Shown piece by piece: positions 55,902 through 64,000 of a DNA stretch of 64,000 bases. Below the pieces are notes generated by a model. It was not told where the DNA came from. It worked only from the letters and a program-made list of their open reading frames with translations, and did not search any database. A program made the position numbers and the translations under genes. The stretch's first letter is position 1. Each line of letters opens with the position of its first letter. This DNA is from an uncultured virus (IMG/VR IMGVR_UViG_3300025122_005875) (lineage: Duplodnaviria; Heunggongvirae; Uroviricota; Caudoviricetes), in IMG/VR virus record IMGVR_UViG_3300025122_005875; one strand, 5' to 3'.

Positions 55902-57812
55902 TCACCTTTTCAACCTCACCACAATATCATTAATGGATTCAAGTCGCTGATTATAAGGAAGTTTATCTGGGGTAAGTGCACAGGTACCAACGGCTTCGGC
56001 TAACTCGGGCAAAGCCTCAAACCCATGCCGGGAGAAAAAATCAGTCCACCACTCCAGAGGATGAGCCGACACGTGTTCCTCACGTATTGCCATGGAGGCG
56101 GTGGCGATGAATATCGAATCGGCATGCATATGTTTTTTTAAATTAGCAACAAACCCTAATAACTGTGTGTCATTTAAATGTTCCAAATGCTCATACGACA
56201 CAATTAAATCAAACTGAACTATTTGCTGTGTGTCAGCATTAGCAAAAGTATAATCAATATCCGTTCGTATAATATAGTGATTAGCCGCGTTTACATGCGG
56301 TGAATCAGCGCTAATAGGATTCCCATCAACTGTAATAATGCGAAGGCCTTGATTAGCTTCATCAGCCCAAGATTGAAAGTGTTGTACTAATGGCGTCGCT
56401 CCGGATCCGAGCTCCAAAACTGTATCAATTGAAGACCCCAGCCTATCCCACACTCTTTTAGCTAACCCAGCAAAGCTATCAAACTGAGATAATTTACAGC
56501 GTGTTGCATCTGCGGCCGAGTATCCTTTCAGGGTCTCTTCCATTTCTGGAAGAATTCCTACGTTTTCCTCATTAAGCTGAACGATCGCGCGCATAAAGGA
56601 GGTATCCGTTACAATTTTTAAACTGGGAAATGGCACAATAAATTTAACCCCTTCAGCGATAAGCTCCTCATTTTTCATGATTATTTCGTCTGCGAAATTA
56701 TGGGAAAGCAACAAATAATAGTCCGGGCGATCTCGGGCACTCTCTCTAGTAATAGGTATGTGAGACTGCGGCAAATATGTCCCTATCTTTAGATCATTAA
56801 TCTCCACCGCTTTATCCACCAAAGTTTTATCAATACCAAAATAGTTCAAAAGAGTATTTCCCTTAGCGGGCGCTCCATAAGCATAAATGGTGGCTCCTTT
56901 TGCTTTTAAATCGGTCAACAAATCTTTTAAGCCACTGCGGCGACCTTCTATCTGTTGTGCGAATTCATAAAATTTTTGTATGGTATACTTTTTGTCCTTT
57001 TCCAGAAGCTTTAAAAATCTCTCCGAGGGTTGATTCAGAGAACCCTCCTTGTGCGTAATTTTAGCGACAATAGAGCCGCTATGTATTTCAGAATAATAAG
57101 CATCAAAAATTTCTAGCCCGTACTGTCCAACCAAGTTATTTAAGCTGCGTAATGTGTAATAACACAAATGCTCATGATAAATCGTATCAAAATTCAGCTT
57201 CTCCACCATAGTACCGGCATACATAAATTGAACGATGAGGACACCATCCTCTCGTAGAGACCATTTAATAGCATCGATGACACTATGGAGCTCCTCTAGA
57301 TGAAAAAAGACACCTGAGGCGTTGTAGAGCCTCACAGAGGCCTCCGCGAGGTACTCTTCGGCCATGGCGCGACTAAAATAATCGGTCACGGTGCGTACGC
57401 CATTATCTATAGCAATTTGTGATACGCGGCGGGCGCACTCAATGTTCAGCACATTATTAATTCCACACTTTTGATATTGCATTAGCTGAGTGCCATCATT
57501 GCCGCCGATATCTACGACTAAATCGTCGGGCTCAATGGCAAACTGTTTAACATTTTCAGCAGCCACCTCGTAAAAATGATTTTGAAGGGTTTGTGTCACG
57601 CCTGACAAATAGCAATGATCAGCGAACATTGTCTCCTTAGCCACTGTGTGATCAAGCTGCAACAATTCACACCCCTTGCAATAATTTAAACGAAGCGGAT
57701 ATTTGGGTTCACTCCCAAGTTGAGCTTCGGTCAAAAAATTGTTACACCAAGGCTGTTCCCCGAGATCTAAAATAAGTTCTAATTTATCTGCATGGCAGCC
57801 GCGACACTTCAT
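55902..57812 (-). CDS. NDP-sugar C-methyltransferase fused to a second class I methyltransferase
   Basis: Zn-binding CRGC...CKGC, DIGGNDG, FDTIYHEH, HSGS and YGAPAKGNTLLN, then an extra domain with LELGSG and FDLIVSYEHLEH. Confidence 0.88.
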   Translation of the reverse strand: MKCRGCHADKLELILDLGEQPWCNNFLTEAQLGSEPKYPLRLNYCKGCELLQLDHTVAKETMFADHCYLSGVTQTLQNHFYEVAAENVKQFAIEPDDLVVDIGGNDGTQLMQYQKCGINNVLNIECARRVSQIAIDNGVRTVTDYFSRAMAEEYLAEASVRLYNASGVFFHLEELHSVIDAIKWSLREDGVLIVQFMYAGTMVEKLNFDTIYHEHLCYYTLRSLNNLVGQYGLEIFDAYYSEIHSGSIVAKITHKEGSLNQPSERFLKLLEKDKKYTIQKFYEFAQQIEGRRSGLKDLLTDLKAKGATIYAYGAPAKGNTLLNYFGIDKTLVDKAVEINDLKIGTYLPQSHIPITRESARDRPDYYLLLSHNFADEIIMKNEELIAEGVKFIVPFPSLKIVTDTSFMRAIVQLNEENVGILPEMEETLKGYSAADATRCKLSQFDSFAGLAKRVWDRLGSSIDTVLELGSGATPLVQHFQSWADEANQGLRIITVDGNPISADSPHVNAANHYIIRTDIDYTFANADTQQIVQFDLIVSYEHLEHLNDTQLLGFVANLKKHMHADSIFIATASMAIREEHVSAHPLEWWTDFFSRHGFEALPELAEAVGTCALTPDKLPYNQRLESINDIVVRLKR

Positions 57813-58772
57813 TTACCAACTTCCTCCTTCTCGGATTAGGGCAACAAAGTTATCTGTTGTATAGTCAAGAGATTTTTGATATGCACTTTCGATTATACCC
57901 TGATAATTCTCCCAGTTCTGTAATACATCCTGTATCCGACGTCTCAGATCAGTACCATCATCAAAATATAAAAAGTCACGTTCTGGCTCATAATATTTTT
58001 CCACTATGTTCCAGGGATCCCTTTGAACTAAATTCAGAGTATGAGAGATGGCGGCCTCGTGGAATCTAGTTTTAAATTGAGGCATCACATTGCTCCCGTC
58101 GATCTCCTTAAACGCTGTATTGTGCTGCCAATCTTTATAGGATTTGATGGCCGGGATGTGTGGGGGCAATACATGCACTAAATTATAACATACTGATATC
58201 TTGCTTTGAGCAACCACCTCCACTTTTTGAGCAAATGACAAGTTTACGTTTGTAGCCAGCGGCAGACATTTGTAAGTTAATTCGTTAATATGGTGGGTCA
58301 TCGTCACATAACGATAATTAAATTCCCTCATTACCATTAAACACGTCGCATGCTCGCGGCCATGAATCCCTCCATGATATATAACATCATATTTCTTTTG
58401 GATTCCAGGGGGTGGGATAATACTTTTGGCAAAAGGATAAAAAACAGGCTTATAAACCCTTTCCAAGCCTAAGCTATTAAGCCACTCAGTAGTATAGGGA
58501 CAAATAGAATAGATTTCGTCAAACAAATCATCATATTCCAGAGCGCTATGGCCGTGATGGTCTGTGAATTGGGCAAACTCGCAGGGCGCCCAATTATTAA
58601 AATAGACCTTGCGTTTATACAACCCGAATTCTTCCTGAAATTTTGCATTTCGCGCAGAATTATAGCCATACATCAAAACCTCCTCTTGAGAATCCTGAGA
58701 ATCTTCTGCTAGCTTCCAATGGTGCGTATTGGTGTCAGGAACTTCGCCTGATAAATCTTCTACGATTCGCAT
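57813..58772 (-). CDS. Glycosyltransferase-like protein (GT-B C-terminal motif)
   Basis: KKYDVIYHGG, SKISVCYN, KTRFHEAA and YYEPERDFLYF resemble CgeB-type GT1-like proteins. Confidence 0.6.
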   Translation of the reverse strand: MRIVEDLSGEVPDTNTHHWKLAEDSQDSQEEVLMYGYNSARNAKFQEEFGLYKRKVYFNNWAPCEFAQFTDHHGHSALEYDDLFDEIYSICPYTTEWLNSLGLERVYKPVFYPFAKSIIPPPGIQKKYDVIYHGGIHGREHATCLMVMREFNYRYVTMTHHINELTYKCLPLATNVNLSFAQKVEVVAQSKISVCYNLVHVLPPHIPAIKSYKDWQHNTAFKEIDGSNVMPQFKTRFHEAAISHTLNLVQRDPWNIVEKYYEPERDFLYFDDGTDLRRRIQDVLQNWENYQGIIESAYQKSLDYTTDNFVALIREGGSW

Positions 58773-59527
58773 TAATTCTGACCTCGGACGGCTGTGTCTA
58801 TATCGTATTCGCTCACAATATCTTGCATCACATGAGGATATTCAGACATATTCCATTTCCCCTTAACCAGCGCAGTGGCAACATGAGGAAACACTATACT
58901 ATCATAATGATAGAGGCCACGTTTAGGTTCCCCATGATAACAATGAGCCCCGCGAATATCTAATTCACGACACGTGGTGGTGGCCTGATATTCAAATGAA
59001 TTTTCCCAGTCGTTATTTCCTATATGGAGGTTGGGCCCACGAACGTGGATCTTCTCCAAATCACGGGTGCGCCAGATCGCGGCTTGATTGGTATAAAAAT
59101 AAGGAAAACTGTGGTGTAGTTCGCGGACGTCTTCGTAGCTTTTAAACTGAGGGTATAAAAGATCAGTCAGTCCACCTTTCATAAAACGTATGAACGATAA
59201 TTCCTTATTGGCCTCAAGCACATCTAAATATCTAGATATAAGGTCCTCGCGTACTGTGTCATATAAAATATAATCTTCAGAAATATAGATGCAATATTCT
59301 TCTTGTACTTCTTTAATACATGTGCTGAACTGCTCCTTATAAGTTTGTTCTCTGTCAAATTGTACAACATGGCACGCGGGAGGGATATCTTCATCGGGGC
59401 AATCCACAAAAACATATATTTTATTAAACAGATTAGTTGTTGTGTATCTGGCAATACGATCAAAAAAAATGGGCCATAAATCCCGATTCTTAGAAACAGT
59501 ATTAACTACCAAGCTCAGTGCAGTCAT
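58772..59527 (-). CDS. Glycosyltransferase-like protein (GT-A)
   Basis: EYCIYISEDY, QAAIW and KGKW motifs; context within the glycan cluster. Confidence 0.55.
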   Translation of the reverse strand: MTALSLVVNTVSKNRDLWPIFFDRIARYTTTNLFNKIYVFVDCPDEDIPPACHVVQFDREQTYKEQFSTCIKEVQEEYCIYISEDYILYDTVREDLISRYLDVLEANKELSFIRFMKGGLTDLLYPQFKSYEDVRELHHSFPYFYTNQAAIWRTRDLEKIHVRGPNLHIGNNDWENSFEYQATTTCRELDIRGAHCYHGEPKRGLYHYDSIVFPHVATALVKGKWNMSEYPHVMQDIVSEYDIDTAVRGQN

Positions 59528-60504
59528 GGATGCCCCAAAAAATATCTTTTAATAAAAGTACAATCTTTGTCTTCCCTCAATTTATTATAAATAATATCGA
59601 ATATGGCTGTATTAACTTCTATAATATCTTGACACGCGAGCTCGAAGTTCCACGGATCTTTGGGATTGGAAGAAGGATACCAGTGGCGATACCGCGCCAG
59701 CGAAACACGTCCATAGGCATCGAAACCCGTATAGCACTGTCTTTTTGTATTAACGCCTGCTCCGCCGGTTTCGTGGGGGCGCCCCACAATAGCGCGGCTG
59801 CCGCATTGTTGATGATAAATCATATTACCATAAACTCCAAACATTACGTTATGTGCATTAAAAACATTACTCCGAGTAATCTCAGCTACTTTAAGATTCG
59901 CGGCAATAATACGATCTTTCATCCCATAGCCTGGATTTTGTTGCCACAGTTGAAAAAGACCCCAGCGCAAATTGTGTGTATCCATCACGTGTTTAGTAGT
60001 GGCAAAAAAACACAAGTCGGGGTAAGGATGATAGCCGGGTCGAGTAAAAAGTGGATCCGGTTCGTTCTCCGGCATGTGCAAACATACAACGTCACAGAGC
60101 GGTACGTGTTCGTCAGCCATACCGGAAAGAAGGTTCGCGCGAGTTGTTGCAGAGACTTCGTCTGGTGATAGCGTCAGCAGAATATTCTGAGTCCAGTCTT
60201 CCACACAGGGAAAGGCATCGCTATCCAAAAAAATAAGAACGTCATCGGGGGACATCTGGGGCCCAACAACATTTTCGTACATCCAGTTCATCTGAAGGTA
60301 ATGTTCATTTTTGGCGTTAGAAGGGTAAACAGTATCTAAGTCAATCCATTCCCAATGGGAGGGTATTTTAAAATCTTCAGGAATTTCTACTTTATACTTT
60401 GCGATCCAGACCTTATGCTCAGCATCTGTATATTTTAATAGATGTCGTTTCTGAATCTCTAGCCACGCGGGGGTGGCATAATGCAAGGTTATTATATGAA
60501 TCAT
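59524..60504 (-). CDS. Glycosyltransferase-like protein (GT-A, DxD)
   Basis: LIFLDSDAFP and IYH..GSR. Confidence 0.55.
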   Translation of the reverse strand: MIHIITLHYATPAWLEIQKRHLLKYTDAEHKVWIAKYKVEIPEDFKIPSHWEWIDLDTVYPSNAKNEHYLQMNWMYENVVGPQMSPDDVLIFLDSDAFPCVEDWTQNILLTLSPDEVSATTRANLLSGMADEHVPLCDVVCLHMPENEPDPLFTRPGYHPYPDLCFFATTKHVMDTHNLRWGLFQLWQQNPGYGMKDRIIAANLKVAEITRSNVFNAHNVMFGVYGNMIYHQQCGSRAIVGRPHETGGAGVNTKRQCYTGFDAYGRVSLARYRHWYPSSNPKDPWNFELACQDIIEVNTAIFDIIYNKLREDKDCTFIKRYFLGHP

Positions 60505-61230
60505 TTAGTTGTCTATTTTCTTGATGTAGGGATATCGAGGCTCTGGTGTGGAAACAGGAAATTGAAAAGAGTTCTTGTGGTCGATTCCTCGCTCCAGAAA
60601 AAATTCTTCGATTGCTGCCTGGGCTTCTGTTACACCCCAATCATCAAAGATAATGTATCCTCCTGGCACTACTTTATCATAAAGTGCTTCTAAAACTTCT
60701 TTTGTGGCAGAATATGCGTCGACATCTATGCGCAAAAGCGCGATTTTTTCGATAGGACAATTCGAAGGCTCTAAAACCTCATTTGCAAATCCTTTTAAGT
60801 ATTTAACGTTACTTTTTTCGTTAATCCCATAGTGTCCTAAATTATTCTTAACTCTCTGAAGAGATACCTGCAACGACGGTGCATACCTGATATAAACAGA
60901 GCCTGCTAGATGCTGATGAAGGGACGGCGTGTGGCGTTCTCCCGGATAATTATAGGTCGAAGACTCAGGGGGCTGGAATCCCTCATAAGAGTCAACGGCC
61001 CAAACTGTGCGATCGGTTTTTTCAAATAACTTGGCCAAAAAAGCCACGCAGCCGCCCTCCCAAACTCCTACCTCAACAATGTCGCCTTCAACTTCATTCA
61101 TCAATACATCATTGGCCATTCCTTGCATCGACAGAACACCCGAAATCTGTACTTGAGTGTGAACGTTCTTCCATAGCTCCATCGCTAGTTGCACGAAGTC
61201 TACATCTCGGTTTATTTCACGGGCGCTCAT
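60505..61230 (-). CDS. TylF/MycF-family sugar O-methyltransferase
   Basis: EGDIVEVGVWEGG, DSYEGF, IALLRIDVDAY and GGYIIFDDW. Confidence 0.9.
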   Translation of the reverse strand: MSAREINRDVDFVQLAMELWKNVHTQVQISGVLSMQGMANDVLMNEVEGDIVEVGVWEGGCVAFLAKLFEKTDRTVWAVDSYEGFQPPESSTYNYPGERHTPSLHQHLAGSVYIRYAPSLQVSLQRVKNNLGHYGINEKSNVKYLKGFANEVLEPSNCPIEKIALLRIDVDAYSATKEVLEALYDKVVPGGYIIFDDWGVTEAQAAIEEFFLERGIDHKNSFQFPVSTPEPRYPYIKKIDN

Positions 61231-61839
61231 CTAATATTTCTCCTTTTTAAATAATGGAAACTCAGTTAAGTCTTTATAGGGAGGGTCCTCGAGTAGGTCA
61301 GGGACATTAGCCGGGTAATTTTGCAATAGCATTAAGCCTCGGGCAGCTTGCTCGGGGGTCATATATGCATTCCAGCCATTAATATTAACAGTGTCATCAT
61401 GATATTTAACCTCTTGGCGACCTTCATATCTCCCTTTCTTAAACCATTCATAAGCCTCTTTGTTGTCACACAAAATCATACCGCCTTTTCCAATTTTAAG
61501 ATGCTTTTTAATATGAAACGATAAACACATATATGTGCCAGGGATATACATGCCTCCTGTCAAACGTTTGGCGGCGTCATAAATTGGATAAGGCTTTAGT
61601 TGATAAATTCCTTTCCAGGTAATATCACTAAATCTCACAGTGCCGCCGGCATGAAGGATAGATTGTGGTACTGATAAATAGGTTCTTTTAGGAATAGTAA
61701 CTTCTTCCACTTTTAAATACTCACAACACAATAATAGAGCATCAGTGCAACTGTCTGTAGAAATAGCATACGGCGCTGCAGTATAGTGGGCGATTTCTTC
61801 CTCAAACATACGAACGATTTTGTAGGGATTATGAAGCAC
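61231..61839 (-). CDS. Short DegT/DnrJ/EryC1/StrS-family aminotransferase
   Basis: FEEEIAHY, DSCTDAL, IYDAA, LSFHIKKHL.IGKGGMI (PLP Lys) and GWNAYM; only 202 aa. Confidence 0.8.
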   Translation of the reverse strand: MLHNPYKIVRMFEEEIAHYTAAPYAISTDSCTDALLLCCEYLKVEEVTIPKRTYLSVPQSILHAGGTVRFSDITWKGIYQLKPYPIYDAAKRLTGGMYIPGTYMCLSFHIKKHLKIGKGGMILCDNKEAYEWFKKGRYEGRQEVKYHDDTVNINGWNAYMTPEQAARGLMLLQNYPANVPDLLEDPPYKDLTEFPLFKKEKY

Positions 61840-61842
61840 TTT

Positions 61843-62931
61843 TTATCCTTCAGATTCATCCTGATAGCGTTGGTAGCACTCCTCAGTAATCTCGCAAGGA
61901 TTTTCGGGCCCGAAGGTATAATCAAAGGCAGTAACATCCTCATAATAATATTTATACACTTTATAAATCAAGTCTTTGGTTTCGTACATTAATCTAAAAT
62001 CTTTATCTTTATTGGCCGATCGGCGCATCGCGGCGGCGCTGGCCGCGGCGAAGGCCCGAAAGTCGGGACGCACATCATATAGGCGCCATAGCGCGTCCGC
62101 CAATTGTTTAAAATCGACATAGTTAAGTGGATGTTTAACATTCTTGATGGTTAGATAAGGATCTTCTCTAAATTCTTGTATTGCGTCACAAATTTTCTCT
62201 ATATCCTCTTCTATATTTTCAACGCGGCCGATAGAATCCAGAGGAAGAGCATTGCTGCGACTATCAGCGGCAACAAATCTCCCGTCGGATCGCCCCTTAT
62301 TAAAAACATTTTTACTTTCCGGATCATAAGTTAAATATTCAACCTGTGTAATAGCTAAGGGGTGTACCTTCTCGGGGTTCGAACGATCAAACCAACCCCT
62401 TTGCTGATGCAGTTCCTCGACAAATTGAGAAAAACTTTTTTCCTGAACATATGGGTCAGGTTGCAAACTGTGATAATGATGATAAATAGAAGAAAACCTA
62501 TCCCAAGGATTTCGAACAAAAGCAAACTTATAGGCTGTTTCATAAATGTCAATTTGTGGGTTATCATAAAGGCCAAACATAATTCGTAGTTTGGTATTAA
62601 CGACGTCGGTGGTATAAGAGGCTAGCCAGGAGGTTGAGATTGCTTCTTGGACAGCCTCCGAGTTCTCGTCTTCAATCGAAATGGAGGGCCACGGGTTTTT
62701 TGTAAAAAAAGTATCCCAATCAACAGCATCTCCCAAAGACGTATAATCTTCATACATGTCTTGGAGTGTTTTATGACAACTTTCTCGGATGGCAAAATAA
62801 CTTTTGACGATCGTTCCCGCTGTTTTTGGGATATGAATAAAAATCACAGGTCGGGTACCTATAAAATCGTAAGGCACTCTTAACTCTCCTTTTCGTCGAC
62901 AGTCGTTTTCGGGCTTCCTGCCCGGTTCCAC
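61843..62931 (-). CDS. Sulfotransferase family 2 protein
   Basis: IFIHIPKTAGT, FVRNPWDRFSS, IGRVEN and YYEDVTAFDY. The start may be the GTG at 62877 after GGAG. Confidence 0.85.
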   Translation of the reverse strand: MEPGRKPENDCRRKGELRVPYDFIGTRPVIFIHIPKTAGTIVKSYFAIRESCHKTLQDMYEDYTSLGDAVDWDTFFTKNPWPSISIEDENSEAVQEAISTSWLASYTTDVVNTKLRIMFGLYDNPQIDIYETAYKFAFVRNPWDRFSSIYHHYHSLQPDPYVQEKSFSQFVEELHQQRGWFDRSNPEKVHPLAITQVEYLTYDPESKNVFNKGRSDGRFVAADSRSNALPLDSIGRVENIEEDIEKICDAIQEFREDPYLTIKNVKHPLNYVDFKQLADALWRLYDVRPDFRAFAAASAAAMRRSANKDKDFRLMYETKDLIYKVYKYYYEDVTAFDYTFGPENPCEITEECYQRYQDESEG

Positions 62932-63767
62932 CCCACTATCTCGTCTATAATCTCTGCATCTGATTTCTTGCTCGTCAATGCCGCGGCGCCTGTCAGCGCG
63001 CTGAGGTCCGTTTGAATTCCAGGTTGGCGAGCGTGGCCGAAAAACATATTATTTCCTGTCCGGACAGGTACAAAATATTTTATTAAATAACTTATAAGGT
63101 CATCTTGTGTTACGTTGCCAACAAGGGGGCCCGGGACACCATGAACCTCTACCGCAATTGTCCTAATATTTGACAGATCCTCATTGTATAAGAATTCGAA
63201 TTCAGCCCCTTCAATATCTACTTTAAGATAATCAATGATGTCGTCATCATATTCTTCTATGATATGCTCGCGCAATGCACGCAAGGACAAGACCGGAGTG
63301 CTCTGTTTATCCTCCTCCGATGCCCCGGGGTGTATATTATAAAAATTACAATCTCCAGAGGCTGTATCGCCGTCTGTGTAGATAAAACGGTGGCCGGTCT
63401 CTTTGCCCACAGCTGCTTCTATAACTTCTACATTATTTACATTTTCAAGAGAAATTACTTTTTCCAAAAATCGCAGGTTAGCTACAACAGGCTCGACTGC
63501 GATAACTCGTTGATATATTTGTGATGCAATATACGTCAGTCCTCCGACATTTGCCCCAAGATCTACAAAGATTTGGTCTCTGTAGACCGGAAAGTAGACG
63601 CCGTGGTCGCTCGCCCCTACAATTATCTGCGGCAGCGGATAACAACTTAGTGACTCCCCAATCATGGTAGTAAAGAATGTTTTTTCCTCTTCCGTAATTT
63701 CTGGAATATCGTTCCTTACCTCGGTACGAAAGGAGGCAGAGGGCTCTTTGTTGGGTTTTATCGCCAT
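62880..63767 (-). CDS. FkbM-family methyltransferase
   Basis: VDLGANVG, AVEP, AAVG, LKVDIEGAE and VEVH. Confidence 0.9.
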   Translation of the reverse strand: MAIKPNKEPSASFRTEVRNDIPEITEEEKTFFTTMIGESLSCYPLPQIIVGASDHGVYFPVYRDQIFVDLGANVGGLTYIASQIYQRVIAVEPVVANLRFLEKVISLENVNNVEVIEAAVGKETGHRFIYTDGDTASGDCNFYNIHPGASEEDKQSTPVLSLRALREHIIEEYDDDIIDYLKVDIEGAEFEFLYNEDLSNIRTIAVEVHGVPGPLVGNVTQDDLISYLIKYFVPVRTGNNMFFGHARQPGIQTDLSALTGAAALTSKKSDAEIIDEIVGWNRAGSPKTTVDEKES

Positions 63768-64000
63768 GGAATAAATTTTCCTTTATCGGGGAGTAAGTAC
63801 TTCATGAATTCTATCTCTTCGGGGCTCCCACGCTTTGTATAATGTCGTGTACTCACATTAAAATAAGAAACCGCTTCATTATCAAAATTCACCTGGTGCG
63901 CGCCCTTTACAATTTGTATTGTAGCACATGTGGGCTTAAAATTGTTTAAATAGACGCACATTTTCTTATATTTTTCCTCCATAGAAGTTTCTTTGAATTG
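63758..64000 (-). CDS. 3' end of a gene entering from beyond the window
   Basis: The frame is open to base 64000 (QFKETSMEEKYKK...); the product cannot be identified. Confidence 0.55.
   Translation of the reverse strand, partial: QFKETSMEEKYKKMCVYLNNFKPTCATIQIVKGAHQVNFDNEAVSYFNVSTRHYTKRGSPEEIEFMKYLLPDKGKFIPWR

Noticed and set aside
59518..60168. 216-aa plus-strand ORF and the many other short plus-strand or nested ORFs
   Set aside because: They are antisense or off-frame shadows of well-supported minus-strand genes and carry no recognisable motifs.
48225..64000. Ordinary bacterial O-antigen or capsule locus beside a prophage
   Set aside because: No wzx/wzy/kps/ABC export genes, integrase or att-like boundary are seen, and packing and strand continue seamlessly into phage genes. 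It cannot be fully excluded beyond the window edge.
1..64000. Stop-codon reassignment, tRNA/rRNA genes, IS elements, intrinsic terminators
   Set aside because: Standard-code ORFs tile the window almost fully using all three stop codons. There is no intergenic space for RNA genes, no transposase, and I saw no convincing hairpin plus U-tract.

Overview
This window is a gene-dense fragment of a large, probably uncultured, contractile-tailed dsDNA phage. It reads in the standard genetic code, nearly all genes are on the minus strand, and many are translationally coupled. In transcription order (right to left) it contains: (i) a ~16 kb glycan synthesis and modification cluster (RmlB, Fcl, split heptose kinase and nucleotidyltransferase, several methyltransferases, two sulfotransferases, a short DegT, glycosyltransferase-like genes); (ii) a sigma-factor-like gene; (iii) a baseplate/tail block (M23 peptidase, gp25-like, gp6-like, DNRLRE-type, and a 3461-aa LamG protein ending in a Hint domain); (iv) RuvC and primase; (v) a tandem array of six unrelated proteins that share one 15-aa N-terminal leader (MKITKQRLKEIIKEE); (vi) a fused Mre11-Rad50; (vii) a lone plus-strand J-domain gene; (viii) a possible holin/spanin module. 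The best candidate for an undescribed system is the leader-tagged cassette array at 6033-8925. I infer it encodes capsid-targeted, protease-processed cargo proteins under a candidate late promoter (CTA(A/T)TTA). Downstream of it, a hairpin could hide the Mre11-Rad50 ribosome-binding site in read-through transcripts. All calls come from motif recognition by eye; no searches were run.
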